Shown: positions 34,761 through 47,319 of the stretch, one piece after another
Numbering within the stretch: the stretch's first letter is position 1
Layout of the letters: every line of letters begins with the position of its first letter
Assembly (NCBI RefSeq): GCF_001194135.2
Contig: NC_068984.1
Coordinates: 59,926,807-59,979,548 of the forward strand
Source of the DNA: Octopus bimaculoides
Lineage: Eukaryota
Direction of reading: 5' to 3'
Length of the DNA: 52,742 bases
Translations under genes and position numbers: made by a program
Notes under the pieces: model-generated
Seen by the model: the letters and a program-made list of their open reading frames with translations, nothing else
Told to the model about the DNA's origin: nothing
The model's database searches: none

Positions 34761-36134
34761 TATATTGGAAGAAAAATTAAATTCTATGGCATATATGAGT
34801 GCTTAATGATACAGCAATTCAGATCAAGTGAAATGGCTGGAAATAAAAGAAACAACAAAAAGTCCGCATACTGTGTATTCAGATAACCAAAGTTCATTTC
34901 TGCTCTAGTGAAAAAAAAGAAAGCGAACATTTATAGTTTTAGGATGCAGAACTTGATCGTTTTGTACACATCTAGATTTAATTTTATAATTATCCTATAA
35001 CTATTTGTGCACAAATTGTCTCCACAGCAACTTTTAAAATATTGAGAGAGAAAATGGAAACAAGTTTCTTCTATTGAAATCAGCAAAGTCGTAAAAATAT
35101 ACAAAGTTTACCAGAATATCCATATTTACTTTATCGGATTATTGCCTGAATACCGACAAAAGAATCTTATCACTTGGTTACAGTCTGGCTTTTGGTTTCT
35201 TGTATCAACTTACAAAGCAAAAGACAATGAAATAAAGAAGAGGCGTTTATAAAGGTGTATATATATATGTATACATATATNNNNNNNNNNNNNNNNNNNN
35301 NNNNNNNNNNNNNNNNNNNNNNNNNNNNNNNNNNNNNNNNNNNNNNNNNNNNNNNNNNNNNNNNNNNNNNNNNNNNNNNNNNNNNNNNNNNNNNNNNNNN
35401 NNNNNNNNNNNNNNNNNNNNNNNNNNNNNNNNNNNNNNNNNNNNNNNNNNNNNNNNNNNNNNNNNNNNNNNNNNNNNNNNNNNNNNNNNNNNNNNNNNNN
35501 NNNNNNNNNNNNNNNNNNNNNNNNNNNNNNNNNNNNNNNNNNNNNNNNNNNNNNNNNNNNNNNNNNNNNNNNNNNNNNNNNNNNNNNNNNNNNNNNNNNN
35601 NNNNNNNNNNNNNNNNNNNNNNNNNNNNNNNNNNNNNNNNNNNNNNNNNNNNNNNNNNNNNNNNNNNNNNNNNNNNNNNNNNNNNNNNNNNNNNNNNNNN
35701 NNNNNNNNNNNNNNNNNNNNNNNNNNNNNNNNNNNNNNNNNNNNNNNNNNNNNNNNNNNNNNNNNNNNNNNNNNNNNNNNNNNNNNNNNNNNNNNNNNNN
35801 NNNNNNNNNNNNNNNNNNNNNNNNNNNNNNNNNNNNNNNNNNNNNNNNNNNNNNNNNNNNNNNNNNNNNNNNNNNNNNNNNNNNNNNNNNNNNNNNNNNN
35901 NNNNNNNNNNNNNNNNNNNNNNNNNNNNNNNNNNNNNNNNNNNNNNNNNNNNNNNNNNNNNNNNNNNNNNNNNNNNNNNNNNNNNNNNNNNNNNNNNNNN
36001 NNNNNNNNNNNNNNNNNNNNNNNNNNNNNNNNNNNNNNNNNNNNNNNNNNNNNNNNNNNNNNNNNNNNNNNNNNNNNNNNNNNNNNNNNNNNNNNNNNNN
36101 NNNNNNNNNNNNNNNNNTATATATATATATATAT

Positions 36135-36360
36135 GTACGACAGTCTTCTGTGTTTGTGTGTGTGTGTGTCCCCAACATTGCATGACAACCAATGCTGGTG
36201 TGTTTACGTCCCCATAACCTAGCGGTTCAGCAAAACAGACCGATAGAATAAGTACTAGACTTACAGTGAATAAGTCCTGGGGTTGATTTGCTTGACTAAA
36301 TGTGGTGCTCCAGCATGGCTGCAGTCAAATGACTGAAACAAGTAAAATGAAATAAAGGAA
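36135..36360 (+). mobile_element. SINE family B, 3' part
   Basis: Family 3' block; a similar copy lies at 37065-37290. Confidence 0.85.
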
Positions 36361-36438
36361 TATATATATATATCTTTATATATATGAAACAGAGTTGAGT
36401 TAATAAAGGAAGTGGTCATTTACAAATGTTTCCATATT

Positions 36439-36491
<53 letters not shown>

Positions 36492-36679
36492 GTGTAAGTG
36501 TGTTTAAGAAGTTTACATCCTAACCACATGGTTTCAAGTTCACTTCCATTGCATGGATGGTGGAAAAAAAAAGTAATAGAATTAATTTGATCAGTTGCCA
36601 GATTTGTTAATACCATCAGATAAACAATTTACATACTTTGCTTTTGGACAAATTAGTAGTTTATATTTTTAAACTGTGA

Positions 36680-36995
36680 AAAGGGTAAACTGAGGAAGAT
36701 GTGGGCCAAGGTGGTGAAATAATGTCTGCAGTTGTTGAGCTTCATAGAGGCAATGACAAATAACTGAGTCTTCTCGTGATTAGCTAAGTGTATTGTGGTC
36801 ATTGCCAGTGCCAGTGACATGTAAAAAGTACCTGGGCCAGTGACACACAGAAGACACTTGTGCTGGTAACACATAAAAGGCACCTGTGCTGATGATATGT
36901 AAAAGGCACCTGTACCAGTGACACATTGTAGGCATGCATGCCAGTGACATGTAAAAGGCACATGTGCTGGTGACACAGAAAAGGCACCATTCCGG
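36680..36995 (+). mobile_element. Old RTE 3' fragment with expanded subrepeats
   Basis: GKLRKMWAKVVK..IEAMT remnant followed by several CCAGTGACATGTAAAAGGCACC-like units. Confidence 0.7.
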
Positions 36996-37457
36996 TCACG
37001 TATTGAGAGAAGGTTGAGTTGCCTAATAATGTGGGACACTGTATATATATATATATATATACATATATTTGTGTGTCTGTGTTTGTCCCCTTGCCATCGC
37101 TTAACAACCAATGATGGTGTGTTTATGTCCCCGTAACTTAGCATTTTGGCAAAAGAGACTGATAGAATAAGTACTAGGCTTATAAAGAATAAGTCCTGGG
37201 GGGGGGGACGATTTCTTTGATTAACATCCTTCAAATCAGTGCTCCAGTATGGCTGCAGTCAAATGATTGAAACAAGTAAAAGAATACAAGAATACATATA
37301 TATATATATGTATGTGTGTATGCATGTATTCGGGGTTGATAAATTAAGTACTAGTTGAATACTGGGCTTGATGTAATTAACTATCCCCTCCCCCCAAATT
37401 CCAGGCCATGTGCCTATAGTAGAAAGGATTATTATTATTAATATTATTATTATTATT

Positions 37458-37543
<86 letters not shown>

Positions 37544-37690
37544 GCAGATGGTGCAGAGTGATTTGAAGGCAGAGTTTTGTCGATTGTGCATATCAACAGT
37601 TTGATAAGTGTAGGTGCATGAAACTCTTGGCTCTTGAGTCACTCTGTGACTTCTGTCTATTATTAATAATATATATATATATATATATAT

Positions 37691-38051
37691 GTGGAGGCGC
37701 AATGGCCCAGTGGTTAAGGCAGCAAACTCGCGATCATAGTATCGCGGTTTCGATTCCCAGACCGGGCGTTGTGAGTGTTTATTGAGCGAAAACACCTAAA
37801 GCTCCACGAGGCTCCAGCAGGGGATGGTGGCGAACTCTGCTGTACTCTTCCACCACGACTTTCTCTCACTCTTACTTCCTGTTTCTGTTGTGCCTGTAAT
37901 TTAAAGGGTCAGCCTTGTCACACTGTGTCACGCTGAATATCCCCGAGAACTACATTAAGGGTACACGTGTCCGTGGAGTGCTCAGCCACTTGCACGTTAA
38001 TTTCACGAGCAGGTTGTTCCGTTGATCGGATCAACTGGAACCCTTAACGTC
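37691..38051 (+). mobile_element. SINE family A (3' end lost in gap)
   Basis: GTGGAGGCGCAATGGCCCAGTGGTTAAGG head, GGTTTCGATTCCC B-box. Confidence 0.9.
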
Positions 38052-38777
38052 NNNNNNNNNNNNNNNNNNNNNNNNNNNNNNNNNNNNNNNNNNNNNNNNN
38101 NNNNNNNNNNNNNNNNNNNNNNNNNNNNNNNNNNNNNNNNNNNNNNNNNNNNNNNNNNNNNNNNNNNNNNNNNNNNNNNNNNNNNNNNNNNNNNNNNNNN
38201 NNNNNNNNNNNNNNNNNNNNNNNNNNNNNNNNNNNNNNNNNNNNNNNNNNNNNNNNNNNNNNNNNNNNNNNNNNNNNNNNNNNNNNNNNNNNNNNNNNNN
38301 NNNNNNNNNNNNNNNNNNNNNNNNNNNNNNNNNNNNNNNNNNNNNNNNNNNNNNNNNNNNNNNNNNNNNNNNNNNNNNNNNNNNNNNNNNNNNNNNNNNN
38401 NNNNNNNNNNNNNNNNNNNNNNNNNNNNNNNNNNNNNNNNNNNNNNNNNNNNNNNNNNNNNNNNNNNNNNNNNNNNNNNNNNNNNNNNNNNNNNNNNNNN
38501 NNNNNNNNNNNNNNNNNNNNNNNNNNNNNNNNNNNNNNNNNNNNNNNNNNNNNNNNNNNNNNNNNNNNNNNNNNNNNNNNNNNNNNNNNNNNNNNNNNNN
38601 NNNNNNNNNNNNNNNNNNNNNNNNNNNNNNNNNNNNNNNNNNNNNNNNNNNNNNNNNNNNNNNNNNNNNNNNNNNNNNNNNNNNNNNNNNNNNNNNNNNN
38701 NNNNNNNNNNNNNNNNNNNNNNNNNNNNNNNNNNNNNNNNNNNNNNNNNNNNNNNNNNNNNNNNNNNNNNNNNNNNC

Positions 38778-39025
38778 TTGTGCGGGTGGCACATAAAAGA
38801 CACCATTTCGAGCGTGGCCGTTTTCGTGCGGGTGACACGTAAAAGCACCCACTACACTCTCTGAGTGGTTGGCGTTAGGAAGGGCATCCAGCTGTAGAAA
38901 CTCTGCCAAATTAGATTGGAGCCTGGTGTTGCCATCCGGTTTCACCAGTCCTCAGTCAAATCGTCCAACCCATGCTAGCATGGAAAGCAGACGTTAAACG
39001 ATGATGATGATGATGATGATGATGA
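38778..39025 (+). mobile_element. Young RTE LINE 3'-UTR copy
   Basis: Near-identical to 19992-20275. Confidence 0.92.
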
Positions 39026-39184
39026 TATATATAAAATCATTATTCAATTAATTTTCCTAGATAATGTCTCACTGCATAGGATGAAATGCTTATATTGTAA
39101 ATATTCTGCGAAGATTTATTTATTCAGTTCGTACCTCATTATGTTGTGGATCTATTCAGCCCATTACATCAGCATGAGAATATC

Positions 39185-39545
39185 ATTAGGCATAGCAATG
39201 TGGATAAGAAGTTTGCTTTGTAATCACATAGTTTCAGGTTCAGTCCCACTGCATGTTACCTTGAGCAACTGTCTTCTGCTATGGCCCTATGTTGACCAAA
39301 GCCTTGTGAGTGAATTTGGTAGATGGAAACTGTGTGGAAGCCTATTGTATATATTTGTGTGTGTGTGTGTTTGTATTTGTCCCTCCCGTTGCTTGACAAC
39401 TGGTCTTGGTTTCTTTAGATCAGCAGAAGAGACGAATAGACTTAAAAATGTAGTAAGTATTGGAGTTACTAAGCTTTCAAGGCAGTGTCCCAGCATGGCT
39501 GCAGTCCAGTGAGTGAAAGAAGTGAAATGAATAAAAGATATAATC
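39185..39545 (+). mobile_element. SINE family B
   Basis: Head, CORE-like block, (TG)n and 3' block. Confidence 0.8.
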
Positions 39546-40046
39546 ATTGTTGTGTCTTTTGTACCTGAATAAATTAGAGAAATTGAACATGACAGGAAAA
39601 AAACCCAACAAAAACAAAATAAACAAAACCAAAACTAAACAACAAACCAAAAAAAAGAAGAAAAATGCCCAAAATGCAACAAAAGTGAAATTTCATTTTC
39701 TCATAAATTTGTTTTATTTTTCCTCTTTGTTGGCATCGAACAGTTATATGTTTTATGGTCAGTTGAAAATGCAAAAACTTTTGGTTTGTTCAACATTGTA
39801 TCATAATAAATTGTCTTGCCTCTGAAACTGTGACGGAAAATTATCTTATGTTTCTTCTTCCATGGACACCTAGTACACATTGCCAAGAACAATTTTTTCT
39901 GTTCTAATTCCGCTGAATTCTATATATTTCTACATTTCTGACATGGTGATATTCAAATAAAACTGTTTAACTACCTTATCTTGTGTGAATTTATAACACC
40001 CACCACAAATTTCTTTCTTTGTATTAATGTTCTTCATTATAATAAA

Positions 40047-40492
40047 CATCATTGTTTAGCATCCATTTTCCATGCTGGCATGGGTTAGATGGTTTTACTG
40101 GGACCGGTAAACCAGAGAGCTGTATAAATCTCCAGTCTGATTTGGCTTGGTTTCTATGGCTAGATGCCTTTGTCAACACCAACCACTCTAAGAGTGGTTT
40201 TACGTGTCACCGGCATGGGTCCCTTTTATGTGTCACCAGCACTGGCCATGATTACAATTTCACTTAGCTTGATGTGTCTTCTCAAGCACAGCAAATTGCC
40301 AAAGGTCTTGATCACTTGTCATTGCCTCTTTGAGACTCAACAGCTTAAGGTCATGCTTCACCACTTGTCTCATGTCTTCCTGGATCCACAGGTTCCCTTC
40401 CACAGTTAGAGCTCGGCACTTCTTTACACAGCTGTTCTTGTCCATATGCATCACATGACCATACCAGTGCAGTCTTCTCTCTTGCACACATC
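40047..40492 (-). mobile_element. 5'-truncated RTE LINE
   Basis: ORF 40260-40487 QERRLHWYGHVMHMDKNSCVKKCRALTVEG...DQDLWQFAVLEKTHQAK plus the family 3'UTR. Confidence 0.9.
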
Positions 40493-40659
40493 TGAAATGT
40501 TAGGAATGGTTAATTTCATTGGATGGCAGAACTGTTAAAATGTTGTTCAAAATATCCTGTAGTATTTGCCTACTGTTCTGTTCTGAGTTCATATCCTGCT
40601 GAGGTTGGCTTTGTCTTTTATCACTCTGTCTGTTGACAAAATAAGAACCTATCTTTTCT

Positions 40660-41035
40660 CTTTCACTTGTTTTGGTCATCGTACTGTGGTCATATTGGGG
40701 TACTGCCTTGAAGGTTAAATAAGCTATTATTTTCTTTTTTAAATTTCGTACTTATTCTTTCAGTGTCATTTGCCAAACTGCTGAGTTGTGGGGATGTAAA
40801 CAAACCAACACTGGCTGTCAAGCAGTGGGGCAACAAACACAAATACAAACACACACACATTCATATACAATGGGCTTCTTCCAGTTACTATCTTTCAAAT
40901 CTTGCCCAAGTTATCTTTCAAAGTTTGCCCAAAGCCATAGTAAAAGACATTTGCTCAAGGTGTCGTGCTGTGAGACTGAACCTGAAACTGTTTGGTTGGA
41001 AAGCAAACTTCTTACCACACAGCCATACCTGTGCC
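40660..41035 (-). mobile_element. SINE family B
   Basis: Reverse complement of the family consensus. Confidence 0.8.
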
Positions 41036-41143
41036 TATTAGTGACATTTACAGCAAATATCTATCTTCTGATTTGTTCTTGTAGTCCAATCTTACTTACA
41101 TACATACATACATGCATACACATCTCTCTATCTCTCTCTCTCC

Positions 41144-41210
<67 letters not shown>

Positions 41211-41444
41211 ACAGCTCATTTGTTTTTGTAGGTTTAATAATAAAGTGTGTGTGTATATATATATATATATATATCTGTTTCATCCTTATTTGTGAATTTG
41301 AAATTTTGTCGTCATCTTCTTTGTTGTTTTATATGTCTTTTATATCAGACTCACCTTTTCTTTTCTGTCGAATCCTCCTCCTCATTTTTGAGTAATTTCC
41401 TAGCTTTTGTCAGTTCTCCTTCTCTTCCCATTGATAGATGGTAA

Positions 41445-41648
41445 GCTGGCAGAATCATTAGCATGCTGGACAAAATGCTTAGTGGCGTTTCTTACAGTTT
41501 TGTTTCTGAGTTCAGATTTTATTGTGGTTGACTTTGCCTTTCACCCTTTTAGGGTCAATTAAAGTAAGTACCAGTTAAGCTCTAAGGTTAATGTTATTGA
41601 CTAGCCCCTCCCGCTAAATTTCAAGCCTTGTGCCTATAGTAGAAAGGA

Positions 41649-41706
<58 letters not shown>

Positions 41707-41916
41707 GGCAGCGAGCTGGCAGAATTGTTAGCACACTGGACAAAATGCTTAGCGGTATTTCATCTGTGCTTATGTTGAGTTCAAACTCAGCTGAGGTCAG
41801 CTTTGCCTTTTATCCTTTTGGGGTTGATAAAATAGGTACCAGTTGACTATTGGGTTGATGTAATCAATTAATCACCGCCCTTAAAAATATCAGGCCTTGT
41901 GCTTATAGTAGAAAGG

Positions 41917-41958
<42 letters not shown>

Positions 41959-41960
41959 TT
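41445..41960 (+). mobile_element. Tandem pair of SINE family C, each ending in (ATT)n
   Basis: 41445-41650 and 41705-41920; a further copy at 42395-42585. Confidence 0.88.
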
Positions 41961-41964
41961 TCTT

Positions 41965-42200
41965 AACGTGGGTGCTGGTGTCACGTAAAAAGCACATATT
42001 CCAGTGTTACATAAAAGCACCTGTGCTGGTACTGCATAAAAGCACCTAGTACACTCTGTAAAGTGGTTGGCATTAGGAAGGGCATCAAGCCATAGAAACC
42101 ATGCCAAAACAGACATGGTGCCTGGGCAGCTCTTCTGCTGGCCAGCTCCTGTCAAACCATCCCAACTCATGTCAATATGGAAAAGAGATGTTAAATGATG
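41965..42200 (+). mobile_element. RTE 3'-UTR fragment inserted in an (ATT)n tail
   Basis: AAAAGCACC subrepeats then GTGGTTGGCATTAGGAAGGGCATC..GTTAAATGATGAT. Confidence 0.8.
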
Positions 42201-42587
42201 ATAATGGTGATGTTTTGCTGGAATTCCTGGAGTCTTGCATGCATAGAGAGCTTGCTACTTGCAGCCTATAGTGCCATGTTATCTATTCTTTTCAACTCTC
42301 TAATATTTTTCTTATGATTCTGGCTGTGCCAAGGAGGCAAACGTTTTGTAACAATTCTACTGGGCACTCTATTCTGATTATTATAACATGCAGGACAAAA
42401 TGCTCAGTGGCATTTCGTCCATCTTTACATTCTGAGTTCAAATTCTGCTAAGGCCATCTTTGCTTTTCATCCTTTCTGGGTTGATGAAATAAATACCAGT
42501 TGAGGACTATGGTTGATGTAATCAACTATCCCCTTCCTCCAAATTTCCAGGCCTTGTGCTTAGAGTAGAAAGGATTATTATTATTAT

Positions 42588-42808
42588 GGCCGTTGCCAGT
42601 ACCGCCTGACTGGCCTTCGTGCCAGTGACACGTAAAAGCACCCACTACACTCTTGAAGTGGTTGGCGTTAGGAAGGGCATCCAGCTGTAGAAACTCTGCC
42701 AAATCAGATTGGAGCCTGGTGTAGCCATGTGGTTTCACCAGTCCTCAGTCAAATCGTCCAACCCATGCTAGCATGGAAAGCGGACGTTAAACAATGATGA
42801 TGATGATA
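42588..42808 (+). mobile_element. RTE 3'-UTR copy
   Basis: Family 3' end, low divergence. Confidence 0.9.
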
Positions 42809-42829
42809 ATGATTTACTTTTATACTTTT

Positions 42830-43118
42830 ACAGTAAGTTCAGTTCCCAGACCAGGCTGTGTGTTGTGTTCTTGAGTAAGACACTTTATTTCACGTTGTTC
42901 CAGTTCAATCAGCTGTAGAAATGAGTTGCAACATCACTGATGCCAAGCTGTATCGACCTTTCCCTTGGATAACATCGGTGGCATGGAGAGTGGAGGCTGG
43001 TATGCTTGGACAACTGCTGGTCTTAAACAAGCTTGCTTGGACTTGTGCCTTGGAGGGGAACTTTCTATGTGCAATCCCATGGTCATTTATGACTGAAGGG
43101 GTGCTTTACTCTTTATCT
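42830..43118 (+). mobile_element. SINE family D (5'-eroded)
   Basis: Matches 13423-13768. Confidence 0.8.
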
Positions 43119-43214
43119 TTTACTAGTTTCTAACCAGCCTGCTGGGGCATGCTGGAGCAAAATGGTAGAATAAATACCAGTCATATATACAAGTATTGAT
43201 TCAATCCATAAAAA

Positions 43215-43470
43215 TATATAAATGCGCCCTTTTAAAGCCTAGCCAGGCTCATGGGCCCGGTTTCCCGGTTTCAATGGCGTATGTGTTCCCCAGCTGGACG
43301 GGACGCCAGTCCATTGCAGCGTTACTCATTTTTGCCAGCTGAGTGAACTGGAGCAATGTGAAATGAAGTGTTTTGATCAAGAACACAATGCGTCGCCCGG
43401 TCCAGGAATCGAAACCACAATCTTACGATCATGGTGCTGACACCCTAACCACTAGGCCACGCGCCTCCAC
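43215..43470 (-). mobile_element. tRNA-derived SINE family E
   Basis: Minus strand GTGGAGGCGCGTGGCCTAGTGGTTAGG A-box, GGTTTCGATTCCTGG B-box, CORE-like block, then GATGGACTGGCGTCCCGTCCAG-like central domain. Confidence 0.85.
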
Positions 43471-43994
43471 ATTCAATCCATACTATATCACTTTTCACAA
43501 CAAATTCGTGGCTCTCTGCTAATCTGAGAGATCACTATTAATTGTAAGATTAATCAAAATGTAATTTTTTCTTCCTTCTNNNNNNNNNNNNNNNNNNNNN
43601 NNNNNNNNNNNNNNNNNNNNNNNNNNNNNNNNNNNNNNNNNNNNNNNNNNNNNNNNNNNNNNNNNNNNNNNNNNNNNNNNNNNNNNNNNNNNNNNNNNNN
43701 NNNNNNNNNNNNNNNNNNNNNNNNNNNNNNNNNNNNNNNNNNNNNNNNNNNNNNNNNNNNNNNNNNNNNNNNNNNNNNNNNNNNNNNNNNNNNNNNNNNN
43801 NNNNNNNNNNNNNNNNNNNNNNNNNNNNNNNNNNNNNNNNNNNNNNNNNNNNNNNNNNNNNNNNNNNNNNNNNNNNNNNNNNNNNNNNNNNNNNNNNNNN
43901 NNNNNNNNNNNNNNNNNNNTTAGAATTTTTTTTTTTTTATATTTTCATGACTGAAGGTGTTTTATGCTTAATTAAAAATGATTACTATGGTTAT

Positions 43995-44360
43995 GCTTAT
44001 TCTCATCATCGATCACCACCACCACCACCACCACCACCATCTTCATCATTGTCACCACCATCATCATCATCATCATTGTCATCACCATTGCTACCACCAT
44101 CATCACCATCATCATCGTTATCATCACCATCATCATCATTATTGTTGTTATCATCATCGTCACCATCACCAACACCATCCTCATCACCGTCATTGTTGTC
44201 ATTATCATCATCACCACCACTGCCACTACAAACACCATCATCACAATCACCAGCAGCGGAGGCAGCAGCAGCAGCAGCACCACCACCACCACCACCACCA
44301 CCACCACCATCATCATCGACATCATTATCATCATCATCATCATCATCAACACCACTGTTG
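43995..44360. repeat. Compound (CAT)n/(CAC)n/(CAG)n trinucleotide tract
   Basis: Direct read. Confidence 0.95.
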
Positions 44361-44619
44361 AGCTTTTCAGCTATGGTAGTAGTAGTAATAGTATCAGCTA
44401 GTAATCAAAACTTTTTTTTTTGTTACTTTCTTGACCCAATTAAACTAATTTACTTTAAAAGTTTGCTAACCAGTTCACTCAGATCAAAGAGGTAAAAAAG
44501 AAGTATATAGCATGAAAAAAAAAATAATAAAAATAAAAACCTGCACACCTCCACTTCCTTCCCACCATAACAATTATTCTCATTTCAGGGAATTAATTAA
44601 TTAATGTCTTAACAAAAAG

Positions 44620-45930
44620 AATTTGCAGCAGTCACATACCTCCATACTTACATACAGAGACAGAACACACACACCCACACACATACAGAGAACAACAAAT
44701 ACATATACAGAACACACTGTGGATACACACACATACAGAATATGCCAATTATTCACACACGTATGCATGGACAACATACACAACACATATACACATGCAG
44801 ATATACACTACATATACACATACAGCACAACATTACAAACACACACACACACAGAACTACACACACATGCAGAACACACTATATATACATACGCACATAA
44901 TACACCATTTACACACACACATACACATGCAGAAAAAACAAAACACACATACATACACCACACATACACATACAGTACAACACTACAAACACACACACAG
45001 AGAACAACACACACATACAGAACACACTATACATACATANNNNNNNNNNACACTACATATACACATACAGCACAACATTACAAACACACACACACACAGA
45101 ACTACACACACATGCAGAACACACTATATATACATACGCACATAATACACCATTTACACACACACATACACATGCAGAAAAAACAAAACACACATACATA
45201 CACCACACATACACATACAGTACAACACTACAAACACACACACAGAGAACAACACACACATACAGAACACACTATACATACATACACACAGAATATGCCA
45301 TTTACATACACATATATACATGCATAACACATACAACACAAATGGACATATGCAGACATACATCACACATACACATACAATACAACACTACAAACAGGCA
45401 CACACAATTGACACACATATACAGAACACACTACACATACATACACACAGAATATGCCAATTGTGCACACACACAAACACATAACACAAACACACACACA
45501 CACAGTGTATGCCACACAGAGACTAATGCAGAAATACATCATGCATACATATACTCACAGAACATACAAATGGATGCATATGCAAACATGCACATACACA
45601 CATCTGTGCAGAACACATCACCATACCGTACACAAACCCCACCAATACTACACATGCGCATACACACACACCACCACCACCAACACCACCACCACCACCA
45701 CCACCCATCCCATATACTATGTGCATACAGCACACTGAACAATCACATACACGCATGCACATGAAACACACATACACAATCACATACACAATCACATACA
45801 CACACACATACACACACATACACACATACACACACATAAAACACACAGGTTTCACATATGCTCACATAAAATACACCGTATATACATACATTCATACTCA
45901 TAAATTATACACCATACACACACACACANN
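44620..45930. repeat. CA-rich low-complexity tract with internal duplication
   Basis: 44800-45039 repeated at 45050-45290 across a small gap. Confidence 0.9.
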
Positions 45931-46139
45931 NNNNNNNNNNNNNNNNNNNNNNNNNNNNNNNNNNNNNNNNNNNNNNNNNNNNNNNNNNNNNNNNNNNNNN
46001 NNNNNNNNNNNNNNNNNNNNNNNNNNNNAGCAAAACAAAGTATTAGTCAAGTATCAAGTACTGGGCGAGTGGGTAGAGGGGGTTGATATAATCAAATTGT
46101 TATCCACCCATCTACCCATTCACCCACTAAATTATTTCT

Positions 46140-47095
46140 GGTCTTGTGCTTATTCTTTATTTCTCTTGATTTTGTTCAAGTCAGTCATTGGATTGCTACA
46201 ATGCTAGGGCAGCTGCCTGGATGAGTTTTATTCTTTCATGCTGAAGCACCACCTTAAAGGGGCTTTTTTAGTTGAAGAAATTGATCCTTGGACTTATTCT
46301 TTGTAAGCCTAGTACTTATTCTATTGGTATCTTTTACCAATCCATAAGCTATGGGGAAGTAAACACACCAGCATTGGTTATCAATCAATGGTGGAGGGAC
46401 AGACACAGACACAAAGACGCACACACGTATATATATATACATACATACATATATATATATAGGCCCAGGAAGACCTGGGCTGAGGTGGTGAGGCAAGACC
46501 TTCGTACATTGGGCCTCACCGAGGCAATGACTACTGACCGAGACCTTTGGAAATGTGCTGTGCGTGAGAAGACCCGGCAAGCCAAGTAAGATCGTTGCCA
46601 GTGCCCCTGGACTGGTTCTTGTGCAGGTGGCACATGAGATGCACCATTTTGAGCGTGGCCGTTGCCAGTACCGCCTGACTGGCTCCCGTAGGATTTTCGA
46701 GCGAGATCGTTGCCAGTGCCCCTGGACTGGCTTGTGCGAGTGGCACATAAAAGACACCATTTCGAGCGTGGCCGTTTTCGTGCGGGTGACACGTAAAAGC
46801 ACCCACTACACTCTCTGAGTGGTTGGCGTTAGGAAGGGCATCCAGCTGTAGAAACTCTGCCAAATTAGACTGGAGCCTGGTGTTGCCATCCGGTTTCACC
46901 AGTCCTCAGTCAAATCGTCCAACCCATGCTAGCATGGAAAGCGGACGTTAAACGATGATGATGATGATGATATATATATGATAGGCTTCTTTCAGTTTCT
47001 ATCTACCAAATGCACTCACAGGGCTTTGATCAGCCTGTGGTTATAGTAGAAGACACTTGTCCAAAGTGCCCCACAATGGGACTGATCCCGGAACC
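46140..47095 (-). mobile_element. SINE family B split by an RTE insertion in its microsatellite
   Basis: 3' block at 46140-46420 and 5' block at 46980-47095. Confidence 0.8.
46461..46971 (+). mobile_element. Young 5'-truncated RTE LINE
   Basis: Intact RPRKTWAEVVRQDLRTLGLTEAMTTDRDLWKCAVREKTRQAK*, subrepeats, 3'UTR and (GAT)n. Confidence 0.93.
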
Positions 47096-47319
47096 ACATC
47101 TTAGTTGATCAAATTGATGTTGGTACTTATTTCAAAAGCCTGAGCCTTCTTCTTTCAGCCTCTTTTGGCAGAATTGGTATTTTACAGGAACGTAAGCTTG
47201 TCAATGTGCTAGTTGGCAGAATCATTAATGTGTCGGACAAAATGCTTAGCAGCATTTCTTCCAACTTCTTACACTCTAAGTTCAAATCCCACCTAGGTTG
47301 ACTTTGCCTTTAGTGAAGG

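Noticed and set aside
37691-37770. tRNA genes at SINE heads (also 8180-8258, 13423-13490, 43395-43470)
   Set aside because: A/B boxes present but acceptor and anticodon stems do not close and each continues into a repeated SINE body
43947-44495. His-rich, Ser/Pro-rich and Met/Val-rich ORFs
   Set aside because: All are translations of one (CAT)/(CAC) trinucleotide tract, open in several frames on both strands; no splice or codon evidence
2760-46207. Long ORFs made largely of X, and HT/CV/YI/RE dipeptide ORFs
   Set aside because: They span N-gaps or dinucleotide microsatellites
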